DNA of 64,000 bases from Eledone cirrhosa. Lineage: Eukaryota. The stretch spans positions 26,226,001 through 26,290,000 of the forward strand of contig OZ024749.1 in NCBI GenBank assembly GCA_964016885.1, in the 5' to 3' direction. The notes under the pieces are model-generated. The model was not told the origin of the DNA. It ran no database searches and saw only the letters and a program-made list of their open reading frames with translations. The translations under genes were made by a program, and so were the position numbers. Shown here piece by piece: positions 26,781-40,210 of this stretch. Every line of letters starts with the position of its first letter. Within the stretch, counting starts at the first letter, position 1.

Positions 26781-27632
26781 TTAATAATCATTTAGCGTTC
26801 TTTTTCTGAAAGCTAACAGAGCTTTGTCTTTCACATATTTCGATATTACTCTTTGCTGTATCTTTTCATAATCTAACGTCATTTTCGACATTTTCACCAT
26901 CAACTTATAATTTTCGAAAATTCGTTTCGAAATTTTATCCATCTCTCGACATAGTTGAAAATATCTGTCCACATCTGCGTTAGCAATATCGATATCGATA
27001 TCCCTGAAAAACCCATCAAGACGATTTGGAATAGACGAACGATACAAAGGTTTGTGTAATTTGTGGTAGAGCTTTCGGAATTCGATTTTTGTTTGGTTAA
27101 ACATAACATTCATTTCTGTGTAGAGCTCCGTGATTCGTCTTTTTACTTTGTAATAGTCGTAAGACATGTTAGATAACCTACTCATGTTAATATCATTGTT
27201 AAAATCTGTGATGATTGTCAGATTATCACAGAGCTTTTCTTGGCCTTGCCTTTTCCCTCCATTTTCTACCAACGAAGCTGGATTCGGAACCGCGTCAATA
27301 TCAACCTCGACATCAACACCATTACGATCACAGTCAACCTGAAATGTTCTCACTTCTGATTCGCAATCACGCGATGAATATTGATTCGAATCTATGGAAA
27401 TGGAATGTTCCAAATTTTGATTCGATAGAGTAGAGAAGTATTTTTGTTTCTCGTTCGAAGTATCGGTCTGCTCGATTATATCTACCAATGTTTTTTCCCA
27501 TTGATTTCTGTCAAGTTCTGTAGAACTCAACCTAATAAAACCGCAAAACCTTCTCGATTTGGTGTACTCTTTCTTCAATTTCGATAAAAGACTTTTATGT
27601 TTCTTTAAACTACCATGTTTTATAAGGTTCAT
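26781..27632 (-). CDS. Intronless 283-aa protein of unknown function; C-terminal half looks helical/coiled-coil
   Basis: 852-nt ORF in non-repetitive AT-rich sequence with AAAC-ATG start context and an in-frame stop just upstream. No TE motifs; promoter motifs lie 85-125 bp upstream. Confidence 0.65.
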   Translation of the reverse strand: MNLIKHGSLKKHKSLLSKLKKEYTKSRRFCGFIRLSSTELDRNQWEKTLVDIIEQTDTSNEKQKYFSTLSNQNLEHSISIDSNQYSSRDCESEVRTFQVDCDRNGVDVEVDIDAVPNPASLVENGGKRQGQEKLCDNLTIITDFNNDINMSRLSNMSYDYYKVKRRITELYTEMNVMFNQTKIEFRKLYHKLHKPLYRSSIPNRLDGFFRDIDIDIANADVDRYFQLCREMDKISKRIFENYKLMVKMSKMTLDYEKIQQRVISKYVKDKALLAFRKRTLNDY

Positions 27633-27716
27633 GTTTCACTACAAATTCTTTCAGATCCTTCTGTGTTCTTTCTGGGCCATTCTCATTATGTTGAAATAGA
27701 AGACGTTCTCTTTTTT

Positions 27717-27755
27717 TGACGTCACAAAAGTCAGATGACAAGATGACTCACCAAT
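27717..27755. promoter_or_regulatory. Candidate promoter of the 283-aa ORF: CRE + AP-1 + CCAAT
   Basis: TGACGTCA 27717-27724, TGACTCA 27744-27750, CCAAT 27751-27755. Confidence 0.5.
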
Positions 27756-27849
27756 TTCAACGTCGATAAAACAAAAGTGTTTTGTTTTGGTTTTTTTTCA
27801 AAATAATCACCTTTGGTTTTTCATTTGAAGAAAATCAGCAGCATAAACG

Positions 27850-28190
27850 AATGTTTAAAGGAGTTCCTATTAAGTCCCGAGTTCAAACCCACTTGTGTAG
27901 CATCTTGGATAAGTGTTATTTACCATAGCCGAGGTGTCGACCCATCACTTGTGTGTGAAACTGGGATAGACGGAAACTGGTTTGAAGCCCGTCCGATGGA
28001 CTGTACTTGTAATAGAAGCAACCGGCTTTGCCATACCATTTCTGTCACGTTGAATCTTCCTGGAAACTACGTTAAAAGTACACGTGTCTGTGGAATGCTC
28101 AGCCACTTACACGTTCATTTAACGAGCAGGCTGTTCCGCTGACCAAACAACTAGAATACTCTTCCTCAAAACCGACGGATGCCCATTATA
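27850..28190 (+). mobile_element. Diverged tRNA-derived SINE (second family)
   Basis: B-box GAGTTCAAACCC. The tail GAGCAGGCTGTTCCG is related to sequence near 40380, and the body to 60050-60300. Confidence 0.6.
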
Positions 28191-28469
28191 TTCCGACGAA
28201 ATCTGTTTATGTCAAGGGCAACGAGTTTTTGTTGTTATTGTTGTTGTTATTATTTTTGAGACCCAGGTCAGCCCAGGAATGAGCACATATTTGATCATAG
28301 ATGTTCGTACTATTTCAAGCGAGTCTTTGTTGTTTTACTTAGTCACAGTGTATCTTTGTCTACATAATCTAATGTGTCGTTCACTTTTTAACGTAGTCTG
28401 TTAGGAGATTTGAGGTAAGTTTCACTGGTGATTATTGGAGGTTGGGCTGCTTGCTTATAGATTTGCTGA

Positions 28470-28970
28470 ATGGTTAGTTGGTTGGTTGGTAGGTAGGTAG
28501 GCTGGTTGGCTGGTTGGTGGTTGGTTGGTTGGCTGGCTGGTTGGTTGGTTGGTTGGTTGGTTGGCTGGTTGGCTGGTTGGTTGGTTGGTTGGTATTAGCG
28601 TTATTGGTTGGCGGGGTTGGTTAGTGGTTCAGTGATTGGTGGGTGGATACTTGAGTGGTTAGATGTTGTTTTTTTTTTGGCTGGTTGGATAGATGGTTGG
28701 TTAGTGCCTTGGCTGGTAAGCGGGTGAAGTGATATTATCACAGTTTGGGTGGTGTGTTGGCTGGCTGGTTAGTTTGCTGGCTGACTAGTTGGCTGGTTGT
28801 TTGGCAAGCTGACTGGCTGGTTGGTTGGTTGGCAGGCCGGTTGGCTGGTTGGCTGGTTGGCTGGTTGGCTAGTTGGCTGGTTGGTTGGCAGGCTATCTCG
28901 CTGGTTGGTTGGATGGCTGGCTAATTGATTGGCTGACTAGTTGCCTGGCTGACTGGTTGGATGGTTGGTT
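28470..28970. repeat. (GGTT/GGCT)n tetranucleotide repeat
   Basis: Read directly. Confidence 0.9.
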
Positions 28971-29124
28971 GATACACAAAGATATTCCCACAAAGGTAGA
29001 TTCCGACCACAATGGATGTTACTGTTAGCTTAAGACATTATCAATTCGATAAATGTTTACCATGAATGCATAAGACATTATCTAGATTTAAAACATAAGT
29101 TAGTGTATTTTAGTTACTAAAGAC

Positions 29125-29167
<43 letters not shown>

Positions 29168-29173
29168 GAGGTA

Positions 29174-29255
<82 letters not shown>

Positions 29256-29387
29256 ATATCAGATAATAAGTAATAGAAACTAACAATATATCTAATCTTT
29301 AATATCATCTTTAAGATTAAATGATTGCCATTTAAATAATAATAATAATATTTGTGGGTGATTTTTTTTTGTCCCAATCACCCTCTT

Positions 29388-29462
<75 letters not shown>

Positions 29463-29573
29463 AATATGTCCAATAAATTCCATTCGTCGCAACACTGATT
29501 CTCTTTTTTTCCTGTGATATATTTAATGTATATATATATCACTATCTATCTATCTATCTCTTTCTCTCTCCCA

Positions 29574-29655
<82 letters not shown>

Positions 29656-29656
29656 G

Positions 29657-29716
<60 letters not shown>

Positions 29717-30153
29717 CTACTTTTCTGAATTGTTCACATATCAAGAAAGTGATTGTTTGGTAATCTCTCTCTCTCTCTCTCTCTCTCACTCTCTCTATCT
29801 ATCTATATCTTTCTCTCTATTTCTCTCACTCCTTCTCTGTCACTCTCTCTTTCTCTCTCTTACTCTCTCTCTCTCCATATCTCTCTCCATAACTCTCACT
29901 CTCTCTCCTTCTCTCTCACTCTCTCTTTCTCTCTCTTACTCTCTCTCTCTCTCTCCATATCTCTCTCCTCTCTCTCCATATCTCTCTCCTCTCTCTCCTT
30001 CTTTCTCACTCTCTCTTTCTCTCTCTCTCCTTCTTTCTCACTCTCTCTTTCTCTCTGTTACTCTCTCTCTCTCTCTCCATATCTCTCACTCTGTCTCTCC
30101 TTCTCTCTCTTACTCTCCTTCTCTCTCGTACTCTCCTTCTCTCTCACTCACTC

Positions 30154-30208
<55 letters not shown>

Positions 30209-30346
30209 CCGCTTTCTTTCTCTCTCTCTACTTTTCTAAATTATTCACATATAAATATAATGATTGTTTGGTAATTTCCAAACTGCCGAGATTTTAGCCC
30301 AGTTGGTGTTTATCTATCTATCTATATCTAAAATATATAAAAACTA

Positions 30347-30465
<119 letters not shown>

Positions 30466-30853
30466 CGTGCGTACATGTGTGTATGTTTAGATATGCGTGT
30501 GTGGGCGTTAGTGTTGATATATGTATATATATCAAAATGAGTATATATTGAATTTATAAGCTACATGTTTATGTTTGAGAGATGGATATATACAAAGAAA
30601 ATACACTTATCGGATTACACGTGTTTGTATATCAAAGAATGTGTATGTGTGCTTGTGTGCCAGTGTGCCTGGCTGTCTGTCTGTATGTCCATTTAAAATA
30701 GTGAGTCCCTCTCATTTTAACAGCTATATATTTAATAAAACCATATTTATTAACTATATTCAATCAATTTATCGATCTATAGCCTACTCAATTATGTCGT
30801 TCGAAACTCTCTCTCGTCACAAGTTTATAAAACTTCCAGTTTTATGATAGGAC

Positions 30854-30970
<117 letters not shown>

Positions 30971-31012
30971 TGTGTGTGTGTATATGTATATATATATGTG
31001 TGTGTGTTTATA

Positions 31013-31072
<60 letters not shown>

Positions 31073-31102
31073 TTATATCTAATATATATATATATATGTG
31101 TG

Positions 31103-31298
<196 letters not shown>

Positions 31299-31849
31299 GA
31301 GGAAGACTTCACGGTCGTAAAAATCATGAATTATATTATCACTTATATAACCAGATAAATTTACGCATCTTGTTCTGTTGAAATTTATGAATATTGCTTA
31401 ATTGGTGGCTGTAAAAACGTTATATGGCAGTAAGAGATATTTGAGATTTTAAGTCTGAAACTATAACCGGTCTTTATCGAAAAACTATGGTTGCCGTGAG
31501 GAAATTCTCCTATATTGCTTTACAGTGATTCTTTTATCGTGCAGACGACCCCTTCTAAATCTAATTTTATGCAATTCTAAATCAAATTTAGAGCAGTCAC
31601 TTTAGTTATTGAGTGAAATATTATATACGCTGGCATGGTAAATGACGGCAAACATATTTTTAAAACACTCTTTCGTTCCTTTTAATCCCGTACACTCTGG
31701 TGGTGTCGTAGGACTGCCAAATTGACATACGGCGTTTCTAGAGCATTTTTAAATCTGGCGGGGCCCATCCCCTCTCCATGTTTTAACACAGCAGATTTTT
31801 TTGCAGTGAAGGATAAAGAGTGAGAGGTTGGTTGTGAGAAAGATATATA

Positions 31850-31970
31850 GATGAAGAACCCACCCAAATACTAGACTCGTACTTTTTTATAGACCTTGAA
31901 TGGATGAAAGGCAGCGTTGACCTGTGGGATTTGAATTCAGAGAGCGGAGAGCCAAAACGAATACCCCAAT
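31850..31970 (-). mobile_element. Diverged tRNA-derived SINE
   Basis: GGATGAAAGGCAGCGTTGACC...GGATTTGAATTCAG is the reverse complement of the 19561 family. Confidence 0.65.
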
Positions 31971-32265
31971 TCGTCGCTATTTAAAACACTCATCAAATGT
32001 TTAAAATAGCCATTATATTACACATGCTTCTCTGTGTTATATCACCTGGCTCAAAGATGTGTGAGGTTCTAAAGTTTCTTTTAAATTAAACCCTGCTACT
32101 AAGACTATAATTGAGATGAATCTCGGCACTCGGCGCTCTTGGTTCCAGTTCTGCACTATCTGAGTTCAAATCCCGCCAAGGCTAACGTTGCCATTCATAG
32201 TCTCTAACTTGAATTAAAAAAATGTACCAGTTCAATACTGTGGTCAATCAGTTCTTACTCTATAT

Positions 32266-32411
32266 CAGTCATGGCCAAACTGTGGCCCGTTTGGCTTTCT
32301 GAATGGCACGCCTAATTCCAAAATTGCCTTGAATCTTTTAGTAGTGCGTCCTGCTATATGATAACCCACATCCTATGCGGCCCACTGCTCGAAAAAGGTT
32401 TCCCATGCCTG
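32266..32411. mobile_element. hAT-superfamily MITE (146 bp)
   Basis: TIRs CAGTCATGGCCAAAC / GTTTCCCATGCCTG, subterminal G(T/C)GGCCC motifs, and a perfect 8-bp TSD CTCTATAT (32258-32265, 32412-32419). Confidence 0.88.
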
Positions 32412-32725
32412 CTCTATATGTATCTCTTATATAACCCCCCCCCCCCCCATTATTAACGTCGTCAGTGAGTATCATCATGAGATGGTATTCGACACGGCTG
32501 ACGTATTGAATTACAGGTACAACTTAGTTATATCTCCTCTGAGTGGACAGGAGAAATGTGTAATACAGTAACTTGCTCAAGGTCATAACCTGCCACTGAG
32601 ACTTGAACTCACGATCGTAGATCGCAAGACAGACACCGTTTCCTTAAAGCCACGTACATTCACGCGTGAAACTGTCCTCCGGTTTGAGTGATATAATTTA
32701 TTCGGGAACGCACACACACTCCTAC

Positions 32726-32787
<62 letters not shown>

Positions 32788-32889
32788 ATCATTGAAATAA
32801 CAACCCAACAAGGAACTGGGCATATCAGAGTATTGACAATATAATACACCTAAACAACATATCTACTTGTCTATACCATACTAATTCAA

Positions 32890-32944
32890 ACTGCCTGAAG
32901 AGGTCACAGCCAAAGATGGCTGTCACTGAAATATATATAGCAGT
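32890..32944 (+). ncRNA. Minimal type I hammerhead ribozyme with canonical core
   Basis: ACUGC-CUGAAGA-GGUcACAGCCA(aaga)UGGCUGUcACU-GAAA-UAUAUAUA-GCAGU. 5-bp stem I, 10-bp stem II, palindromic stem III. Lies in a roughly 300-bp island between (TA)n tracts. Confidence 0.8.
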
Positions 32945-33090
32945 AAAAAACGAAGCTAAATTTTAACCATTTGACTTTTATTTAACTTTATTTTACACTA
33001 CTCCGGAGTAACCAAACCAACCTGCGCACTTCGTCGAGTGCTCCAGTCTGCATACTGAGGTGTTGGTATACAACCAACATAAACTCAAAA

Positions 33091-33182
<92 letters not shown>

Positions 33183-33186
33183 CAAT

Positions 33187-33218
<32 letters not shown>

Positions 33219-33241
33219 ATATATATATATATATATGTATG

Positions 33242-33288
<47 letters not shown>

Positions 33289-33321
33289 GTATATATGTAT
33301 GTACGTATAATATATATATGT

Positions 33322-33362
<41 letters not shown>

Positions 33363-33387
33363 ATATGAATTATTTATGTTATACATA

Positions 33388-33421
<34 letters not shown>

Positions 33422-33434
33422 AATATATAAATAT

Positions 33435-33524
<90 letters not shown>

Positions 33525-33864
33525 GTGTGTATGTGTAAATATACAGATTCGTTTCTTGTATCGCTTCTTTATCGATGAATCAACAAGAGAAATCTTAGTT
33601 GGTGGTTATGGTGCGTCGTTATGACAACCGAATCGACTGCTTCCAAATGAGGTATTCAACCAAGTTTCCTCCGGATATTGGCTTCTGGCAACAGATACGA
33701 AGTATTGTGTTGGAACCTGTTAGAAGTGGAGATAAGCTTTGACAAGTTCTCCTATCACTTCTCAGCAACCGACACATAATTTGCTGGTGTTACCAACACT
33801 CATTTGCTTCTACACACACACACACAAACACACAAACACACGCGCACGCACACACACACAGACG

Positions 33865-33900
<36 letters not shown>

Positions 33901-34217
33901 AACACACACAGACGCGCGCGCGCACACACACACAAAGACACACACATACACACAGAAACACACATGCATCACCTTCGGCCTTTCCTGTGTTCCAGTGATC
34001 CCATGCTCCCGCCCACCCGTCCATTTCTTCCTTCGTTTATTCGTTCACTTCCTGAAACCCTTTAACCGAATAATGTTGTTGTTGTTTGTTTGTTTTTTGT
34101 TTTTTGTTCGTTTTTGTTCGTATACGCATCTTATCTTTCTGACTTTTACGAAGCGCTGAGGGGATAAAGTTAATATAAAGAGCGCTGTGCTCAGGCGCGG
34201 ATATGCTATAAGATATC

Positions 34218-34420
34218 TTATAAAATAAGGTGATGACCTTAAAGACGGAAAAAGAAGTTGACATTGACCGCTACGAGGAATCGAACCCTGTATCTCCCAG
34301 GTACCAGCTAGACGCTTTGAATCATTAAGTTAGTATCTGGGACACAAGAGGAAAGACATTTTGTAGTGGCCAATGTTAAGTTCTTTTTCCGTCTTTAAGG
34401 GTCTTCAGCCTATTTTATAA
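34218..34420 (-). mobile_element. tRNA-like sequence enclosed in a roughly 57-bp imperfect inverted repeat
   Basis: Arms 34218-34274 and 34363-34420. The minus strand between them reads ...AAAGCGTCTAGCTGGTACCTGGGAGATACAGGGTTCGATTCCTCGTAGCGGTCA, followed by CTTCTTTTTC. Confidence 0.6.
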
Positions 34421-34965
34421 CATACTACTCTTTATATTGGAGTTTTTTTTATATTAAACGATTTCATTACTCAGGAATCAATTCCGGAAGAGTTATTGTC
34501 CATCTGATCTTGGATCTGCTGGAAAAATCTATTATATCTTCCCCAAATGTTCTCCTAGATTCCTTTTTAAAAAGAAGGATACATTGGATGATGTACTCTT
34601 AGATACACTATACTTGAAAAACAAGCAGGATGGCTACGGCTTTGACCATAAGTCTACTGACTCGGAGCTGGCCAGTAGGAGGGCTAAACAGTAATAATAT
34701 CAACGCCCCCAACCCCTATTTCCAGAGAGACCTACATGCAAATTGTAAATAATATATAATAAATTAAATCGTTAATTTATATATAATAAATAATATAATA
34801 TATACTATGTATAAATAAATATTATATATTTTCTTATTTCACTATATTTATATATATGTATCATTTGATATTTAATATACTATTGTATCATCTCTACCAC
34901 CCACTTAGGCCCCAGATCCCCCCCCCCCACAACCTCCTGGACACCCAGTGGACGGTAACACCCAG

Positions 34966-35935
34966 TTTGATAACGATGTTTTAATGCATCGCATTAGGAT
35001 TGTTTGAACACCCGACCCAATAAATAGGAAAGGAGGGTAATACCCCAAAAGCCCCATGTGATTTACGTCACCATTTGATAACGATGTTTTAATGCCTTGC
35101 AGTAGGATTAAACATAAGAACCTATAGATATGACGGGAAAGTATTTCTCATAAAGCCACACGTAATTTACACTATAATTTGATAACGATGTTTTAGTGAT
35201 TCGCAATAGGATTGAACACACGACCGTCTAGATAGGAAAGGAGGTATTACCCAAAACGCCACGCGTAAAGTTACACCACCATTTGATAATGATGTGTCAT
35301 TGCCTCGCTATAAGATTGAACACACGACCCAATTGATCGGAAGGGAGAGTATTATCCATAAAGCCACACGTAAAGTTACACCACCATTTGATAATGATGT
35401 GTTACTGCCTCGCTATAAGATTGAACACACGACCCAATTGATCGGAAGGGAGAGTATTATCCATAAAGCCACACGTAAAGTTACACCACCATTTGATAAT
35501 GATGTGTTACTGCCTCGCTATAAGATTGAACACACGACCCAATCGATCGGAAGGGAGAGTATTATCCATAAAGCCACACGTTAAGTTACACCACCATTTG
35601 ATAATGATGTGTTATTGCCTCGCTATAAGATTGAACACACGACCCAATCGATCGGAAGGGAGAGTATTATCCATAAAGCCACACGTTAAGTTACACCACC
35701 ATTTGATAATGATGTGTTACTGCCTCGCTATAAGATTGAACACACGACCCAATCGATCGGAAGGGAGAGTATTATCCATAAAGCCACACGTTAAGTTACA
35801 CCACCATTTGATAATGATGTGTTATTGCCTGGCTATAGGATTGAACACGCGACCCTCTAGATAGGAAGGGAGGGTATTACCCACACGTAAAGCCATACGT
35901 AATTTACATCACCATTTGATAATGATGTTTTAGTA
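34966..35935 (-). repeat. Tandem array of about nine 105-bp units resembling tRNA-derived SINE heads
   Basis: TTTGATAA anchors at 34966, 35074, 35178, 35282, 35387, 35492, 35597, 35702, 35807 and 35915. The minus-strand unit has TGGCTTTATGG and GTTCAATC(C/T). Confidence 0.85.
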
Positions 35936-36139
35936 GGTACGTGATAAAAGGTTTAGTCCCATTAATTTACTACAATGATATATGATATGTTGGTCTGTTT
36001 TCAGTGTTGCAATGAGGTAGAAACGACTAACAGCTTCTTGTTTTAATATAGTCCATATATCATTTTATATTATATATACTTGAGATTAATGGTTATCGTC
36101 GTCGTAGCGGCGGTGGTGGTGGTGATTGAGCGAGGGTCG

Positions 36140-36765
36140 GTATTGGTGGTAGTGGTGGTAGTGGTGGCAGTGGTGGAAGTGGTGGTGGTAGTGGTGGTGG
36201 TGGTGGTGAAGGTCGGTATTTGTGGTGGTGGTGGTAGTGGTGGTGGTGGTGGTGGTGGTGGTGGTGATAGGTAGTGCTGGTGGTGGTGGTGCTTGTGGTG
36301 GTGATAGGTAGTGCTGGTGGTGGTGGTGGTGGTGGTGGTGGTGTTGGTGATAGGTAGTGCTGGTGGTGGTGGTGCTTGTGGTGGTGGTGATAGGTAGTGC
36401 TGGTGGTGGTGGTGGTGGTGGTGATGGTGATAGGTAGTGCTGGTGGTGGTGGTGCTGGTGATAGGTAGTGCTGCTGGTAGTGGTGGTGGTGGTGATAGGT
36501 AGTGCTGGTGGTGGTGGTGGTGGTGGTGGTGGTGATGGTGATAGGTAGTGCTGCTGGTGGTGGTGGTGGTGGTGGTGGTGGTGGTGATAGGTAGTGCTGG
36601 TGGTGGTGGTGGTGATAGGTAGTGCTGGTGGTGGTGGTGGTGGTGGTGGTGGTGGTGATAGGTAGTGGTGGTGGTGGTAGTGCTGCTGGTGGTGGTGGTG
36701 GTGGTGGTGGTGGTGGTGGTGGTGATAGGTAGTGCTGGTGGTGGTGGTGGTGGTGGTGGTGGTGT
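36140..36765. repeat. (GGT)n repeat punctuated by GATAGGTAGTGCT
   Basis: Read directly. Confidence 0.9.
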
Positions 36766-36862
36766 TGTGAAAGGAAAGCTTATGATTAGTATTTGGGGAA
36801 CATAAACACTGGTATCAGACGTGATAAGCCGAAAAGCAAAGTGGATAAGTCACAAACAAGTA

Positions 36863-36923
<61 letters not shown>

Positions 36924-36955
36924 ACATATATATTTATATATATACATGTATATAT

Positions 36956-36992
<37 letters not shown>

Positions 36993-37008
36993 CATGTATA
37001 TACACACG

Positions 37009-37056
<48 letters not shown>

Positions 37057-37185
37057 TACATATATATATATATACATAAATATACACATATATATTTATA
37101 TATATATATATATATACATACATAAATATACATAAATGTATATATATATATATGTATATATATATAAATGTGTGTGTGTGTGTGA

Positions 37186-37221
<36 letters not shown>

Positions 37222-37348
37222 TCGTATAACACTATCTAGGACGTTATGTTGAAGTAGAGATGTTGATAAAACTATTCAGTAGAAAAAGACAAGAAAAAAT
37301 AATTGGGTGTAAAACGAGAAGTGTTTTTTTATGTTTAACACCTTCCTT

Positions 37349-38958
37349 GGTGTGTGTGTAAGGTGTGTGTTTCGTGTGTGTAAGGTGTGTGTCGTGTGTG
37401 TAAGGTGTGTGTAAGGTGTGTAAGGTGTTTGTAAGGCGTGTGTAACGTGTGTAAGGTGTGTTTAAGGTGTGTGTAAGGTGTGTGCATTGTATGTGTAAGG
37501 TGTGTGTAAGGTGTGTGTAAGGTGTTTGTAAGGCGTGTGTGCATTGTATGTGTAAGGTGTGTGTAAGGTGTGTGTAAGGTGTTTGTATGGCGTGTGTAAC
37601 GTGTGTAAGGTGTGTTTAAGGTGTGTGGAAGGTGTGTGTATTGTGTGTGTAAGGTGTGTGTAAGGTGTGTGTATTATGTGTGTAAGGTGTGTGTATTGTG
37701 TGTAAGGTGTGTGAGGTGAGTGTATTGTGTGTGTAATGTGTGTGTATTGTGTGTGTATTGTGTGTGTATTGTAAGTTGTTTGTAAGACGTGTGTATTGTG
37801 TGTAAGGTGTGTTTAAGGTGTGTGTAAGGTGTGTGTATTGTTTGTGTAAGGTGTGTGTAAGGTGTGTTTATTTTGTGTGTAAGGTGTGTGTAAGGTATGT
37901 GTATTGTGTGTGTATTGTGTGTAAGGTGTGTGTAAGACGTGTGTAACGTGTGTAAGGTGTGTGTAAGGTGTGTGTATTGTGTGTGTATTGTGTGTAAGGT
38001 GTTTGTAAGGCGTGTGTAACGTGTTTAAGGTGTGTTTAAGGTGTGTATAAGGTGTGTGTAAGGTGTTTGTAAGGTCTGTAAGGTGTGTGTAAGGTGTGTG
38101 TAAGGTGTGTAAAGTGTGTGTATTGTGTGTGTAAGGTGTTTGTAAGGCGTGTGTAAGGTGTGTAAGGTGTGTTTAAGGTGTGTGTAAGGTGTGTAAGGTG
38201 TGTGTATTGTGTGTATTGTGTGCGTAAGGTGTGTGTATTGTGTGTGTAAGGTGTGTAAAGTGTGTGTATTGTGTGTGTAAGGTGTGTGTAAGGTGTGTAA
38301 GGTGGGTGTAAGGTGTGTGTATTGTGTGTATTGTGTGTGTTAGGTGTGTGTATTGTGTGTGTAAGGTGTGTAAGGTGTGTGTATTGTGTGTGTAAGGTGT
38401 GTAAAGTGTGTGTATTGTGTGTGTAAGGTGTGTGTAAGGTGTGTAAGGTGGGTGTAAGGTGTGTGTATTGTGTGTATTGTGTGTGTTAGGTGTGTGTATT
38501 GTGTGTGTAAGGTGTGTAAGGTGGGTGTAGTGTGTGTGTAAGGTGTGTGTAAAGTGTGTGTAAGGTGTGTGAAAGGTGTGTATTGTGTGTGTAAGGTGTG
38601 TGTAAGGTGTGTGTAAGGTGTGTGTAGTGTGTGTGTATTGTGTGTGTAAGATGTGTGTATTGCGTGCGTAAGGTGTGTGTATTGTGTGTGTAAGGTGTGT
38701 GAATTGTGTGTGTAAGGTGTGTGTAAGTTGTGTGTATTCTGTGTGTATTGTGTGTGTATTCTGTTTGTAAGGTGTGTGTATTGTGTGTGTAAGGTGTGTG
38801 TAAGCTGTGTGTATTGTGTGTGTAAGGTGTGTATTGTGTGTGTAAGGTGTGTGAGAAAGGTGTATGTAAGGTGTGTGTAAGATGTGTGTATTGTGTGTGT
38901 AAGGTGTGTGTATTGTGTGTGTATTGTGTGTGTAAGGTGTGAGAAAGGTGTGTGTAAG
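37349..38958. repeat. Minisatellite of GTGTGTAAGGT / GTGTGTATTGT units
   Basis: Read directly; about 1.6 kb. Confidence 0.92.
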
Positions 38959-39030
38959 GACAGACAAGAGAGAACGACACAACACAATACAATGATTAGA
39001 TTAACACTCGATATAGTTGGAAAAGCTTCT

Positions 39031-39060
39031 TAACGTTTCGGACGCTAGTCTTTCATCAGA
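39031..39060 (-). ncRNA. Minimal Penelope-type hammerhead core
   Basis: CUGAUGA-A-AGAC(uagc)GUCC-GAAACGUUA with palindromic AACGUU. Stem I pairing is poor. Confidence 0.5.
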
Positions 39061-39149
39061 CTTTGATTCATTTCTGAAATATGCTGCAGCGAAAGTAAAA
39101 AAAGAAGACTATGCTCACGCAACGCACGTGAAAATCGTTTACATTAAGT

Positions 39150-40210
39150 GGTGCCTGTGCTTGGAGCTTCCTTTTAAGTGATGAAAGGCCTTGCACTGGA
39201 CCAATCCAATTCTCTGAATAATGGTGACAAGTATCCAAAAAGAAGAACAAGTAAACATCATTGGCTGGCATCGAGTTGTAGGTTTTACATCTGAGTTTTC
39301 TTTCTTCTACAATGATTTCCTAATAAGAAATAGGAGCCTCTTAAACCCGGGGAATCACATGCTCGGTCCCCAAACTGATTATTTCCATACATATACACAT
39401 ACATACATACATACATACATACATACATACATACATACATGGTGGCTGCCAACTCGTTTTCGAGTACGGCCACTAATTTATATCCATGTAGGAGAACCCC
39501 TACTGATGCGCTGAACGAGTGTGACTTTTTAGTCCAGCCAGCTACTTGAAAACTCTGGTACAAACACTACACTTGTGACAATTATTGACACATAGTGCTG
39601 GGCCCATGGCACCATGTGATGACAAGTGCAGAGAGATCTCCAGATATAAAGCAATGGTCCTTGCCGTGAAGCTTTTATAGTGAGCAAAGGCACTGCACAA
39701 AGCCAGTCCCACTCTCTTAACCAAGATGATATTTACCAAAAAGAAGAACTAGACAACATCATTGCATACATACATACATACATACATACGTACATGCATA
39801 CATACATACATACATACATACATACATACATACATACATACATACATACATACATACATACATACATGGTGGCTGACCCCTCGTTATCGAGTATGGTCAT
39901 TGTAAGATATCACATTAATAATAATTATTTATTAATGCTACCCTGCAATGCCTGTGCGTGAAGATTTTTTTTTTTAAGTGAGGAAAGACTGTGCACTGAG
40001 CCAATCCCACTCCCTGAGCGACAGTAGCTATAACCCGAAAAGAAGAAAAGATCAACATCATCAGTAACTACTGAGCCGCTGGTTTAATGTCGGAGTTATC
40101 CCAGTTTCCTGAGTTGCCTTCTCCTAGAAGAATGCCCTGACAAAGGCTAGGGTTCCTTCACTCCCAGTGGTTTAACCGCGCGATCGGCTATCCAGCCCGA
40201 TTATTTCTAT
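39150..40210 (-). mobile_element. Three diverged RTE-like non-autonomous fragments separated by (CATA)n
   Basis: 39439-39764 is an inverted near-copy of 43538-43863. The 39150-39385 and 39867-40210 segments share the AAAAGAAGAA..A.CAACATCAT and GCAC...GCCAATCC motifs. Confidence 0.7.

Noticed and set aside
34265-34340. Functional tRNA gene
   Set aside because: Acceptor and D stems pair poorly; treated as a tRNA-derived element.
34966-35935. CRISPR-like array or 35-aa repeat protein
   Set aside because: Whole units repeat with no unique spacers and no cas genes. The reading frame is broken by a TAA in several units.
38173-38992. His/Thr-rich ORFs
   Set aside because: Translation of the GTGTGTAAG minisatellite.
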